Assembly (NCBI GenBank): GCA_964396775.1
Contig: CAYNHD010000001.1
Span: forward strand, 1 to 45,065
Source: an uncultured Thermoflexus sp.
GTDB taxonomy: Bacteria > Chloroflexota > Anaerolineae > Aggregatilineales > Aggregatilineaceae
DNA length: 45,065 nucleotides
Direction: 5' to 3'
The first letter of the stretch is position 1. Every line of letters starts with the position of its first letter. The notes below the pieces were generated by a model, which saw nothing but the letters and a program-made list of their open reading frames with translations, was not told the origin of the DNA and made no database searches. The translations under genes and the position numbers were made by a program. This document shows positions 9,155 through 18,588 of this stretch, piece by piece.

Positions 9155-9262
9155 CGCACAGAGCAGCGCCCCTACGAAACCAGCGCGTGCTTAGTTCACC
9201 AACAGTATCCCTGGCGCGCAGAGACCCATGCGGTTCACTTACCCAAACGAGGACACCCGAAC

Positions 9263-11545
9263 ATGATCACCTACCCTCCTGCCCCACAGCGCACGCCCCG
9301 CACCGAGCACATCACCTGCGACCTGGCCATTGTGGGGGGCGGCATGGCCGGCACGTGCTGCGCGATCACTGCCGCGCGAGCCGGGCTGCGCGTGACCCTG
9401 ATCCAGGATCGCCCGATCCTGGGCGGCAACGCCTCCAGCGAGGTGCGGCTGTGGATTCTGGGCGCGACTTCGCACATGGGCAACAACAACCGTTGGGCGC
9501 GCGAGGGAGGCGTCATTGACGAAATCCTGGTCGAGAATATGTACCGCAACCCGGAAGGGAACCCGCTGGTCTTCGACACGATCCTGCTTGAGAAAGTGGT
9601 CAGCGAGCCGGGCATCACCCTGCTGCTCAACACGGCGGTCTTCGAGGCGGACAAGTCCGGCCCGGACACGATCCAGGCCGTGCGCGCCTTTTGCAGCCAG
9701 AACTCGACGCTGTATGAGGTGCACGCCCCGCTGTTCTGCGATGCGTCGGGAGATGGCATCCTGGGCTTCTTGAGCGGGGCGGCCTTTCGCATGGGCGCGG
9801 AGAGCGGCGAGGAGTTCGGCGAGAAGCTGGCTCCCAGCCAGGAATACGGCGAACTGCTCGGCCACTCGATCTACTTCTACAGCAAGGACGTGGGCCGCCC
9901 CGTGCGCTTCGTCCCGCCGAGCTTCGCCCTGGACGACATCACCCAGATTCCGCGTTTCCGCAGCTTCAACGCGCGCGACTACGGCTGCCGCCTGTGGTGG
10001 ATCGAGTACGGCGGGCGGCTGGACACCGTGCACGACACCGAGGCGATCAAGTGGGAGCTGTGGAAGGTCGTGTATGGCGTGTGGAACTACATCAAGAATT
10101 CGGGCCAGTTCCCCGAAGCCGAGACGCTGACACTCGAATGGGTGGGGCACATCCCTGGCAAGCGCGAAAGCCGCCGCTTCGAGGGCGAGTACATGCTGCG
10201 CCAGCAGGACCTTGTAGAACAGCGCCTGCACGCCGACGCGGTGTCCTTTGGCGGCTGGGCGCTCGACTTGCACCCCGCCGACGGCGTGTACAGCGAGAAG
10301 CCCGGTTGCAACCAGTGGCATTCGCGGGGCGTCTACCAGATTCCCTATCGCTGCCTCTACAGCCGCAACATCACCAATCTGTTTCTGGCCGGGCGCATTA
10401 TCAGCGCCTCGCACGTCGCCTTTAGCTCGACGCGCGTCCAGGCGACTCTGGCGTCGGCGGCGCAGGCGGTAGGGATGGCGGCGGCACTGTGCCTGCGCGA
10501 GGGCGTGCGCCCCGCTGTCCTGGCCAGGTCGCCCCACGTCCAGGAGCTTCAGCGCGAACTGTTGCGGCGAGGGCAGTATATCCCTGGCGTGCGCCTGGAC
10601 GATCCCGACGATCTGGCGCGCTCAGCCCGCGTCCGCGCGTCGAGTGCCTTCCGACTGGCCGCATTTCCCGCCGATGGAGCGCCGGTGCCGCTCGACCAAT
10701 CCTGGGCGCAAATGCTGCCCGTCCAGCCCGGCACGATGCCTGCCGTATCCTTCCTGCTCGATGTGACCGAGCCGACGACGCTCCGGGTGGAACTGCGCAC
10801 CAGCGACCGGCCCGACAACTACACGCCCGACGTGACACTGGAGACGCACACCGTCGCGCTGCAGGCGGGGCAGCGGCAGACGGTGACCGTCCCCTTCACC
10901 GCCACCATAGACGCGGCGCGCTATGTTTTCGTCTGCTTGCTCAAGAATCCGGTGGTGGCCGTGCACACCACGCAGCAGCGCGTCAGCGGCATTCTGTCCG
11001 TCTGCAACACGCAGAATCCGTCCGTTTCGAACTATGGCGCACAGCGCCCGACGCAGGACATCGGGATCGAAGCGTTCGAGTTCTGGGTGCCGCTGCGCCG
11101 CCCCAACGGGCACAACCTGGCGGTGACCGTCGAGCCGCCGCTGGCCGCCTTCGAGCCAGCCAATGTCGTCAACGGCTGGGCGCGGCCCACCACCGGCCCC
11201 AACGCCTGGGTCGCCGCGCCGGACGACGCTGCCCCAACCCTGACCCTCGAATGGGAGCACCCGCAGACCGTCCAGCGCATCGAGCTATCCTTCGACACCG
11301 ATTTCGATCACCCGATGGAGTCCGTCCTCATGGGCCACCCGGAACGTGTCATGCCGTTCTGTGTGAAACGCTACCGCGTCGTGGCTGATCGAGGGCGCGT
11401 CGTCGCGGCGTGCGACGACAACCACCAGACGCGGAACACCATCACCCTGGCCGAGCCGCTGGTGACCACGAGCCTGCACATCGAGGTGCTGGAGATGAAC
11501 GGCGACGCGCCCGCCGCCCTGTTCGAGGTGCGCTGCTACGCCTGA
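9263..11545 (+). CDS. FAD-dependent oxidoreductase with C-terminal galactose-binding/discoidin-like domain
   Basis: 760 aa counted from the ATG at 9263. Rossmann motif 'DLAIVGGGMAGTCCAITAARAGLRVTLIQDRPILGGNASSE'. The C-terminus 'TLTLEWEHPQTVQRIELSFDTDFDHP...TSLHIEVLEMNGDAPAALFEVRCYA' resembles an F5/8-type-C jelly roll. The track's 9065 start runs through the palindromic repeat, so I rejected it. Confidence 0.8.
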   Translation: MITYPPAPQRTPRTEHITCDLAIVGGGMAGTCCAITAARAGLRVTLIQDRPILGGNASSEVRLWILGATSHMGNNNRWAREGGVIDEILVENMYRNPEGNPLVFDTILLEKVVSEPGITLLLNTAVFEADKSGPDTIQAVRAFCSQNSTLYEVHAPLFCDASGDGILGFLSGAAFRMGAESGEEFGEKLAPSQEYGELLGHSIYFYSKDVGRPVRFVPPSFALDDITQIPRFRSFNARDYGCRLWWIEYGGRLDTVHDTEAIKWELWKVVYGVWNYIKNSGQFPEAETLTLEWVGHIPGKRESRRFEGEYMLRQQDLVEQRLHADAVSFGGWALDLHPADGVYSEKPGCNQWHSRGVYQIPYRCLYSRNITNLFLAGRIISASHVAFSSTRVQATLASAAQAVGMAAALCLREGVRPAVLARSPHVQELQRELLRRGQYIPGVRLDDPDDLARSARVRASSAFRLAAFPADGAPVPLDQSWAQMLPVQPGTMPAVSFLLDVTEPTTLRVELRTSDRPDNYTPDVTLETHTVALQAGQRQTVTVPFTATIDAARYVFVCLLKNPVVAVHTTQQRVSGILSVCNTQNPSVSNYGAQRPTQDIGIEAFEFWVPLRRPNGHNLAVTVEPPLAAFEPANVVNGWARPTTGPNAWVAAPDDAAPTLTLEWEHPQTVQRIELSFDTDFDHPMESVLMGHPERVMPFCVKRYRVVADRGRVVAACDDNHQTRNTITLAEPLVTTSLHIEVLEMNGDAPAALFEVRCYA

Positions 11546-11624
11546 CGGCGAACGCAGGCGGGAATGCGCACCCGATCCGTTGCCAGGCGAAGGTCAGGGA
11601 GGTTCTGCGAACGCCTTCCTTGCT

Positions 11625-11768
11625 GGAGCCGTTTGAGAGGTATCTTCACCCCCATCCCCGGCCCTTCCCCCGCAAGCGAGGGAAGGGAGAAAGGACTGCT
11701 CTCGAAGTCCCTCCTCGCAGGCGGGGAGGGATTTAGGGTGGGGTTGCAGGCCCTTTCAAACGGCCTCT
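11625..11768 (-). repeat. Palindromic MITE/BIME-like intergenic element family A, full copy (reverse orientation)
   Basis: Its reverse complement matches 18336-18480 almost base for base by eye. Terminal inverted repeats are GGAGCCGTTTGAGAGG / CCCTTTCAAACGGCCTCT. Internal hairpins are TCCCTCC..GGAGGGA and CCCTTCCC..GGGAAGGG. Confidence 0.65.
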
Positions 11769-11770
11769 GA

Positions 11771-11853
11771 AGCCTCACCCCCCGGCCCCCTCTCCGCGTG
11801 TGGAGAGGGGGAGTCATTCTGCGGTTAAGTCCCCTCCCGCGTGTGGAGAAGGA
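11771..11853. repeat. Family B repeat fragments (copy B3)
   Basis: 'agcctcacccccc' (11771-11783), then the hairpin CCCCCTCTCC-gcgtgt-GGAGAGGGGG (11786-11811), then a degenerate second unit 'cccctcccgcgtgtggagaagga' (11831-11853). These are related to 1524-1586. Confidence 0.5.
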
Positions 11854-11971
11854 TTTCGGGGAGCGGTAAACCCACCCATCAGGCAGGACTTCTCGAATGG
11901 CCGCCCTGCCCCCGCAAACACAGGCTACACCCCCGGCCTGCGCCTGATAAGTTGCATGGCCATCAGCGAAA

Positions 11972-11990
11972 TATGGTCATCTTGACCATA
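11972..11990. promoter_or_regulatory. Perfect 8-3-8 palindrome upstream of gltB (candidate operator)
   Basis: TATGGTCA-tct-TGACCATA lies about 285 nt upstream of the gltB ATG in an AT-richer patch. No partner regulator is identifiable. Confidence 0.3.
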
Positions 11991-12274
11991 CTGACGGGCC
12001 GCCAGACTCAGTATCATTGTTCAATCCGTGAGTGTTCGCCACGCGAGGGCCGCGCCGGTCGGCGCGCCCGGCACTCGCATTCCGAATCGTTTCCTTGTGT
12101 GACCGCTGACACCTGCACCCATGCAGCGGCGGGCTATCCCGACGGCAGTCCGCTATACGTACTGCCCAGACGTAGCATCGTCTCTGCGAATCGCAGTCTC
12201 ACTGCACCACAGCCGGGGCCTTCCGGTGCGACGACCACACCGTAGGCCCGCGAACTATCGGGAGGCGAGTTTCC

Positions 12275-15200
12275 ATGACCCAGAGATTCCCGCACAACCA
12301 GGGCCTCTACAACAGCGCGTATGAGCATGACGCCTGTGGCATCGGCTTTGTCGCTCATATTAAAGGAAGCCGATCCCACGACATCATCCAGCGCGGCCTC
12401 GAAGTCCTCGAACGGATGACGCACCGGGGCGCGGAGGGCGCTGATAACCGCACCGGTGACGGGGCCGGGATCATGCTCCAGATTCCGCACGAGTTCTACC
12501 GGTCTGTGATCCCGAATCTGCCAGAACCGGGGCACTATGGCATGGGCGTGGTCTTCCTGCCCAACGACCCGGACGAAGCCGCGATCTGCGCCCGCGCCCT
12601 GGAGGACATCCTGGCGCGCGAGGGGCTGACGCTGATCGGCTGGCGCGACGTGCCGGTGGAAAGTGGTGTGCTGGGCGCAATTGCCCGCTCGTCCGAGCCG
12701 CTGATCAAGCAGATATTCGTGACCGGGGCGCTCCCTCAGGATGCGCTGGAGCGCAAACTCTACGTTGTCCGCAAGCAGGTCGAGCGCACCATCCGGGCGT
12801 CGTCCCTCAAACGGGCGTTTCAGTTCTACATCACGCATCTGTCCACGCGGACAGTGATCTACAAGGGCATGTTGATGTCGCTGCAGCTTCGGGCGTACTT
12901 CCCGGAGCTGTCGGACAGCCGCCTGACCAGCGCCATCGCCCTGGTGCACGCGCGCTTCAGCACCAACACCTTCCCCACCTGGGACCTGGCTCAGCCGTTC
13001 CGTGTCCTGGCGCATAACGGGGAGATCAACACGATCAAGGGCAACCGCTTCTGGATTCAGGCGCGCGAAGCCGGCTTTGAGTCCCCTCTCTTCGGCGACG
13101 ACATCAAGAAGCTGCTGCCGATCATCGAGCCGGGCAAGAGCGACTCAGCCTCTTTCGACAACGTGCTGGAGCTTCTGGTCCAGGCCGGGCGCTCGCTGCC
13201 GCACGCCCTGATGATGATGATCCCGGAGTCATTCAATCACCTAAACCCGATCCCCGAAGACCTCAAGTACTTCTACGAGTACCATTCGGCGTTCATGGAA
13301 CCCTGGGACGGCCCGGCCTCGATGGTCTTCTGCGACGGGCGGCTCGTCGGCGGGACGCTGGATCGCAACGGGCTGCGCCCCTCCCGCTACGTCATCACCA
13401 AAGACAACCTGATCGTCATGGCATCCGAGGTCGGCGTGCAGACGTTCGCCCCGGAGCAGATCGCCGCCAAAGGCCGCCTGATGCCCGGCAAGCTGCTGCT
13501 CGTGGATACGGAAGAGGGTCGCATCATCCCCGACGCGGAAATCAAAGATCGCATCAGTCACCAGCGGCCCTACCGCCAGTGGGTTCAGGAGAACCGCATC
13601 ACCTTTGTCAGCGTGCCGCTCGCCGAACCCGTCCCCGTTGGCCTTCCCCCAGAGCAGTTGCATACGCTGGAACTGGCCTTTGGCTACACCAGGGAAGACA
13701 TCGAGCACAGCATCCTGCCCATGCTCGATACGCACCAGGAGCCGGTGAGTTCGATGGGCACGGATACGCCGCTGGCTGTCTTCTCCGACCGGCCCCAACG
13801 CCTGTTCAACTACTTCAAGCAGACGTTCGCCCAGGTGACCAACCCGGCCATTGACCCGATCCGCGAGCAGTTGGTCATGACGCTCACCAGCTACATCGGC
13901 AAGGAGAGCAACCTGCTCAGCGAGACGCCGGAACACTGCCACATGATTCAGTTCAAGCGCCCGATCTTCTCCAACCTGGACATTCACAAGCTCCGGCACT
14001 GGGACAACCCGGACTTCAAGGTGGGCACCCTCGACATGACATTCCCGGTCAGCGAAGGCCCGGCGGGCCTGAAGCCTGCCCTCGACCGGCTGTGCCAGGA
14101 CGCAGAGCGACTTGTGGACGAGGGCTATAGCTTCCTCATCCTGTCGGATCGCGGCGTCAACGCCAGGCGCGCGCCTATCCCGTCGCTGCTGGCCTGCGCC
14201 GGCGTCCAGCATCACCTGATTCGCGCCGAGAAGCGCACCCAGTGCGCGCTGATCATCGAGACCGCCGAAGCGCGCGAAGTGATGCATTTCGCCCTGCTGT
14301 TCGGGTATGGGGCGAGCGCGATCAACCCGTATGGCGCGTTCGCCATCATTCACGACCTGTTCAAGTCCGGGCGTCTGCCAGAAGCGGCCAACTACCTGGC
14401 TGCCGAGAACATCTACATTGACGCCATTGACAAGGGGCTGCTCAAGGTGCTCTCCAAGCTGGGCATCTCCACGCTGCGCAGCTATCACGGCGCGCAGACG
14501 TTCGAGGCCATCGGCCTGAGTAAAGCGGTGGTGGACGAATACTTCACCGGCACGGAGTCGCGCATCGGCGGCATCGGCCTGGAGGAGATCGCGCGGGAGG
14601 CGCTGCAGCATCACCGCCAGGCGTATGTGCAGCGGCCCGCGCTGCTGCCCAGCGAAGGGGTCTACCAGTACCGCAAGAACGGCGAGCAGCACGCCTGGAA
14701 CCCGGAGGCGATCTACCTGCTTCAATGGGCCGTGCGCTCCGGGGACTATGCCAAATACCGGGAATTTGCCGAGCACGTCAATCGCTTTAACCAGCGGCCC
14801 CATGTCATTCGCGGCCTGTTCGACTTCAAGCCCCAGACGCCAATCCCCCTCGAAGAGGTCGAGCCGGTCGAGGCCATTCTCCGACGCATGACGACGGGCG
14901 CGATGTCGTTCGGCTCGCTGGGCAAGGACGTGCACGAGACCATCGCCATCGCCATGAACAGGCTCGGCGGGCGCAGCAACTCCGGCGAAGGGGGCGAAGA
15001 GCCGGAACGCTTCGCCCCTCGCCCAGATGGGACGTGGACGCGCAGCGCGATCAAGCAGGTGGCGTCCGGGCGCTTCGGCGTCACGGCCCTCTACCTGGTC
15101 AACGCGGACGAGTTGCAGATCAAGATCGCGCAGGGGGCCAAGCCGGGCGAAGGCGGGCAGCTTCCCGGCCACAAGGTGGACGCGATCATCGCCCGCACGC

Positions 15201-16810
15201 GCTACTCGACGCCGGGCGTCACGCTCATCTCGCCGCCGCCACACCACGACATTTACTCCATCGAAGACCTGGCGCAGTTGATCTTTGACCTGAAGAACGT
15301 CAACCCCCGCGCGCGGATCAGCGTCAAGCTGGTCTCGCAGGCGGGTGTGGGGACGGTCGCCGCCGGGGTCGCCAAAGCGCACGCCGACAACATTGTGATC
15401 AGCGGCTACGACGGTGGCACCGGGGCCAGCCCCCTAAGCTCGATCAAGCACGCCGGGCTGCCCTTTGAGCTGGGGATTGCCGAGACCCACCAGACCCTGG
15501 TCTTGAACGGCCTGCGCGGGCGCGTGCGGCTTCAGACGGACGGGCAGCTCAAGACCGGGCGCGATATCGTGCTGGCGGCGATGCTGGGCGCGGAGGAATT
15601 CGCCTTCGGCACGGCGGCCCTCATCGCGCTGGGGTGTGTCATGATGCGCAAGTGCCACCTCAATACGTGTCCGGTTGGCGTGGCCACCCAGGACCCCGAT
15701 CTGCGCAAGCGGTATACGGGTCAGGTCGAGCATCTGGTGAACTACTTCACCTTCCTGGCGCAGGACGTGCGCGAGATCATGGCCCAGCTTGGCATCCGCC
15801 GCTTCGACGGCCTGATCGGGCGCACCGACCTGCTCACCGCGCGCACTGTTGATCACTGGAAAGCGCGGACGGTAGACCCCCTGGCCATATTGCACCGACC
15901 GCCGGAAGCCGACCGCACGGCGACCTGCTGCGTGGAAGACCAGCAGCACAAGATTGACACGCCGTTGAACCGCCGGCTGCTGGCACTGGCTCAGCCCGCC
16001 CTGGAGCGCGGCGAGCCGGTCGCTGCGCAGATGCCCATCACCAACTCGGATCGCACCGTCGGCACCATGCTGGCCGGCGAGGTGTCGCGCCGCTACGGGG
16101 AAGACGGGTTGCCCGACGACACCATCCAGATCACGTTCAGAGGCAGCGCGGGCCAGAGCTTCGGCGCGTTCCTGGCGCGCGGCATCACCCTGCGCCTGGA
16201 AGGCGACGCCAACGACTACTTCGGCAAGGGGCTGTCCGGCGGCAGGCTGATCGCCGTTCCGCCCGAAGGCAGCACCTTCGCCGCTGAAGAGAACATCATC
16301 GTCGGCAACACCGTGCTCTACGGCGCGACCGGCGGCGAAGCGTTCATTCGCGGCGTGGCGGGCGAGCGTTTCGCCGTGCGCAACAGCGGGGCGATGGCCG
16401 TCGTCGAGGGCGCTGGCGACCACTGCGCCGAGTACATGACCGGCGGGCGGATCATCGTCCTGGGCAGGGTTGGGCGCAACTTCGCGGCGGGCATGAGCGG
16501 TGGCATCGCCTACGTGCTGAACATAGACGGCACCTTCGCCTACTTCTGCAACCGCTCGATGGTGGATCTGGCACCCGCGCTGGAATACGAGGATCAGGAG
16601 TTCTTGCGCGAGTGGCTGGGCAAGCATCTGCAGCACACCGGCAGCGCCGTCGCCCAGGTGGTGCTCGACCGCTGGCACGAGTACATCCCCAGGTTCATCA
16701 AGGTCGTGCCGTTTGAATACGGGCGCATTCTGCAAGAGCAGAAACTCCGCGAGATGGACAGGCTGCTCCAGTACGTCCGCGAAGAAGAATACTTGGAGGT
16801 ACCCTACTGA
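12275..16810 (+). CDS. gltB: Glutamate synthase large subunit
   Basis: 1511 aa. Ntn amidotransferase start '[16 protein letters not shown]', FMN/3Fe-4S central domains and a C-terminal GXGXG beta-helix ('[29 protein letters not shown]'). GGGAGG RBS. Confidence 0.95.
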   Translation: MTQRFPHNQGLYNSAYEHDACGIGFVAHIKGSRSHDIIQRGLEVLERMTHRGAEGADNRTGDGAGIMLQIPHEFYRSVIPNLPEPGHYGMGVVFLPNDPDEAAICARALEDILAREGLTLIGWRDVPVESGVLGAIARSSEPLIKQIFVTGALPQDALERKLYVVRKQVERTIRASSLKRAFQFYITHLSTRTVIYKGMLMSLQLRAYFPELSDSRLTSAIALVHARFSTNTFPTWDLAQPFRVLAHNGEINTIKGNRFWIQAREAGFESPLFGDDIKKLLPIIEPGKSDSASFDNVLELLVQAGRSLPHALMMMIPESFNHLNPIPEDLKYFYEYHSAFMEPWDGPASMVFCDGRLVGGTLDRNGLRPSRYVITKDNLIVMASEVGVQTFAPEQIAAKGRLMPGKLLLVDTEEGRIIPDAEIKDRISHQRPYRQWVQENRITFVSVPLAEPVPVGLPPEQLHTLELAFGYTREDIEHSILPMLDTHQEPVSSMGTDTPLAVFSDRPQRLFNYFKQTFAQVTNPAIDPIREQLVMTLTSYIGKESNLLSETPEHCHMIQFKRPIFSNLDIHKLRHWDNPDFKVGTLDMTFPVSEGPAGLKPALDRLCQDAERLVDEGYSFLILSDRGVNARRAPIPSLLACAGVQHHLIRAEKRTQCALIIETAEAREVMHFALLFGYGASAINPYGAFAIIHDLFKSGRLPEAANYLAAENIYIDAIDKGLLKVLSKLGISTLRSYHGAQTFEAIGLSKAVVDEYFTGTESRIGGIGLEEIAREALQHHRQAYVQRPALLPSEGVYQYRKNGEQHAWNPEAIYLLQWAVRSGDYAKYREFAEHVNRFNQRPHVIRGLFDFKPQTPIPLEEVEPVEAILRRMTTGAMSFGSLGKDVHETIAIAMNRLGGRSNSGEGGEEPERFAPRPDGTWTRSAIKQVASGRFGVTALYLVNADELQIKIAQGAKPGEGGQLPGHKVDAIIARTRYSTPGVTLISPPPHHDIYSIEDLAQLIFDLKNVNPRARISVKLVSQAGVGTVAAGVAKAHADNIVISGYDGGTGASPLSSIKHAGLPFELGIAETHQTLVLNGLRGRVRLQTDGQLKTGRDIVLAAMLGAEEFAFGTAALIALGCVMMRKCHLNTCPVGVATQDPDLRKRYTGQVEHLVNYFTFLAQDVREIMAQLGIRRFDGLIGRTDLLTARTVDHWKARTVDPLAILHRPPEADRTATCCVEDQQHKIDTPLNRRLLALAQPALERGEPVAAQMPITNSDRTVGTMLAGEVSRRYGEDGLPDDTIQITFRGSAGQSFGAFLARGITLRLEGDANDYFGKGLSGGRLIAVPPEGSTFAAEENIIVGNTVLYGATGGEAFIRGVAGERFAVRNSGAMAVVEGAGDHCAEYMTGGRIIVLGRVGRNFAAGMSGGIAYVLNIDGTFAYFCNRSMVDLAPALEYEDQEFLREWLGKHLQHTGSAVAQVVLDRWHEYIPRFIKVVPFEYGRILQEQKLREMDRLLQYVREEEYLEVPY

Positions 16811-18237
16811 TGGTCAATCCAAGAGGGTTCATCCAGTTCGAGCGCATCGAGAACCGCTACCGTCCCGTCCGCGAGCGCGTCCGCGATTACGACGAGGTAG
16901 AGACGCAGCTTCCGCAGGACATGCGGCCCTTTCAGGCCGCGCGGTGTATGGACTGCGGGGTGCCGTTCTGTCATTGGGGGTGTCCGGTAGGCAGCCTGAT
17001 CCCCGAATGGCAGGACAAGCTCCAGCAAGGCGACTGGAAAGCCGCCTACGACATTCTGCAAAAGACCAACAACTTCCCCGAATTCACCGGCAGGCTGTGC
17101 CCGGCCCCGTGCGAGTCGGCCTGCGTCCTGGGGATCAACGATGAGCCGGTCACGATCCGCGAGAACGAGCTGGCCGTCATCGAGCACGCCTTCGCCGAAG
17201 GGTACGTCCGGGCCAGGCCCCCGCAGCGACGCACCGGGAAAAAGGTAGCGGTGATCGGCAGCGGCCCCGCCGGCCTCGCCTGTGCGGACACGCTGAACCA
17301 CGCCGGGCATTCGGTCGTGCTCTACGAGGCGTCGGACGCGGTAGGTGGTTACCTGCGCTACGGCGTGCCCGACTTCAAGCTGAGCAAGCGCGTCATTGAC
17401 CGCCGGGTGAGCCTGATGGTCGAGGAGGGCCTGGTCATCCAGACCGGCGTGAGGGTCGGCCACGATCTGCCCGCCCGCGCGCTCCTTGAGCAGTACAATG
17501 CCGTCTGCCTCGCCATCGGTGCGCGCAGGCCGCGCGATCTGCCGATCCCTGGCCGCGACCTGGCGGGCATTCACCAGGCCACCGAGTATCTGGAGCAGCA
17601 GAACCGCGTCGTGCGCGGGGAAGCCATCCCTGCCGACGCGCGGATCACCGCCCAGGATAAACACGTCGTAGTGCTCGGCGGCGGCGACACCGGATCGGAC
17701 TGCATCGGCACGGCCAACCGCCAGGGTGCCAAGAGCGTAACGCAGGTCGAGATCATGCCCCCCTTCCCGCGCACCCGCGCCCCCAACGAACCCTGGCCCC
17801 TGTGGCCGAGGCTGTATAAGGTGTCCAGCTCGCATATGGAAGGCTGCGAGCGGCTCTTCAACGTCCTCACGAAAGAGTTCATCGCGGGGAAGGGCAATCG
17901 CCAGGTCGAGCGCCTGTCTGCCGTCCAGGTCGAATGGGGCAAGACCAACAACGGGCGTCGCGAGATGATCGAAATCCCGGAGACGGCGTTTGAACTCAAA
18001 GCCGATCTCGTGCTGCTGGCGCTCGGATTCGTGCACGTCGAGCAAGAGGGGCTGGTGCGCGACCTGGGTCTCGCCCTGGACTCGCGCGGCAACATCGCCA
18101 TCAGCGAGCAGCGGATGACCAGTGTCGCAGGGGTCTTCGCGGCGGGCGACGCCTGTCGCGGCGCGTCGCTGGTGGTGTGGGCCATCCAGGAGGGACGGCA
18201 GACCGCCGCCGCCATAGACGCCTACCTCGCCCGCTGA
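16810..18237 (+). CDS. gltD: Glutamate synthase small subunit (NAD(P)H-dependent)
   Basis: 475 aa. Fe-S cysteines 'CMDCGVPFCH..GCPV' and 'CPAPCESACVLG'. Dinucleotide folds 'KVAVIGSGPAGLACA' and 'VVVLGGGDTGSDC'. TGATG start/stop overlap with gltB. Confidence 0.93.
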   Translation: MVNPRGFIQFERIENRYRPVRERVRDYDEVETQLPQDMRPFQAARCMDCGVPFCHWGCPVGSLIPEWQDKLQQGDWKAAYDILQKTNNFPEFTGRLCPAPCESACVLGINDEPVTIRENELAVIEHAFAEGYVRARPPQRRTGKKVAVIGSGPAGLACADTLNHAGHSVVLYEASDAVGGYLRYGVPDFKLSKRVIDRRVSLMVEEGLVIQTGVRVGHDLPARALLEQYNAVCLAIGARRPRDLPIPGRDLAGIHQATEYLEQQNRVVRGEAIPADARITAQDKHVVVLGGGDTGSDCIGTANRQGAKSVTQVEIMPPFPRTRAPNEPWPLWPRLYKVSSSHMEGCERLFNVLTKEFIAGKGNRQVERLSAVQVEWGKTNNGRREMIEIPETAFELKADLVLLALGFVHVEQEGLVRDLGLALDSRGNIAISEQRMTSVAGVFAAGDACRGASLVVWAIQEGRQTAAAIDAYLAR

Positions 18238-18245
18238 GCCTTGTT

Positions 18246-18335
18246 CACCTCACCCCCTGGGCCGAGCACGGCGAGGCTGGGGGTGAGGCTACTGCCAGCG
18301 CCACACGTATCACTGACACCCTTTGCACACACCTC
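18246..18335 (+). repeat. Family B repeat (copy B2), hairpin directly after the gltD stop
   Basis: CACCTCACCCCC (18246-18257) pairs with GGGGGTGAGG(CT) (18279-18290). The tail 18291-18335 is homologous to 1620-1664. It abuts the family A element. Confidence 0.6.
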
Positions 18336-18480
18336 AGAGACCGTTTGAAAAGGTCTGCAACCCCACCCTAAATCCCTCCCCGCCTGCGGGGAGGGACTTC
18401 AAGAGCAGTCCTTTCTCCCTTCCCTCGCTTGCGGGGGAAGGGCCGGGGATGGGGGTAAAGATACCTTTCAAACGGCCTCT
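18336..18480 (+). repeat. Palindromic MITE/BIME-like intergenic element family A, full copy (forward)
   Basis: 145 bp. Terminal inverted repeats are AGAGACCGTTTGAAAAGG (left) and CCTTTCAAACGGCCTCT (right). Internal hairpins are TCCCTCCCC-gcctgc-GGGGAGGGA and CCCTTCCC-tcgcttgcgg-GGGAAGGG. The two halves are themselves inverted paralogs. Confidence 0.7.
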
Positions 18481-18500
18481 CATTTCTGGGGCAAAAGATC

Positions 18501-18588
18501 ACCGCTGAGGCGCAGAGAGCGCAGAGAAAAGATAGTAATGGAGAGGGTGTTAGTTTTTCTCCGCGTCCTCCGCGTCTGTGCGGTTCAG
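18501..18588. repeat. Inverted pair of CTCYGCG-type repeat units (family C)
   Basis: 'accgctgaggcgcagagagcgcagagaaaag' (18501-18531) faces 'tttttctccgcgtcctccgcgtctgtgcggttcag' (18554-18588) as an imperfect inverted repeat. The unit recurs at 43382-43423. Confidence 0.5.

Noticed and set aside
9065-9262. 5' extension of the FAD oxidoreductase ORF
   Set aside because: The extension reads through the perfect 30-bp palindromic repeat. The Rossmann fold begins about 20 residues after the ATG at 9263.
11536-11817. ORFs encoding conserved peptides such as 'SLAGEGPGMGVKIP' (11536-11817, 11410-11736, 18323-18508, 18368-18688)
   Set aside because: The conservation comes from DNA repeats. The same element is read on either strand and in different frames at different copies. 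There is no consistent start, stop or RBS.
11546-11860. CRISPR array (also considered for 18240-18600 and 44850-45065)
   Set aside because: The repeats are of different families, are not separated by regular unique spacers of 30-40 bp, and are strongly self-complementary elements or 7-nt tandem units. No cas genes are present.
11990-12274. Glutamine (glnA-type) riboswitch or another known leader upstream of gltB
   Set aside because: 'tgttcaatcc' loosely resembles the 5' CGTTCACCC element, but the GGAAGTAGG and AAGGAACGC elements are absent.
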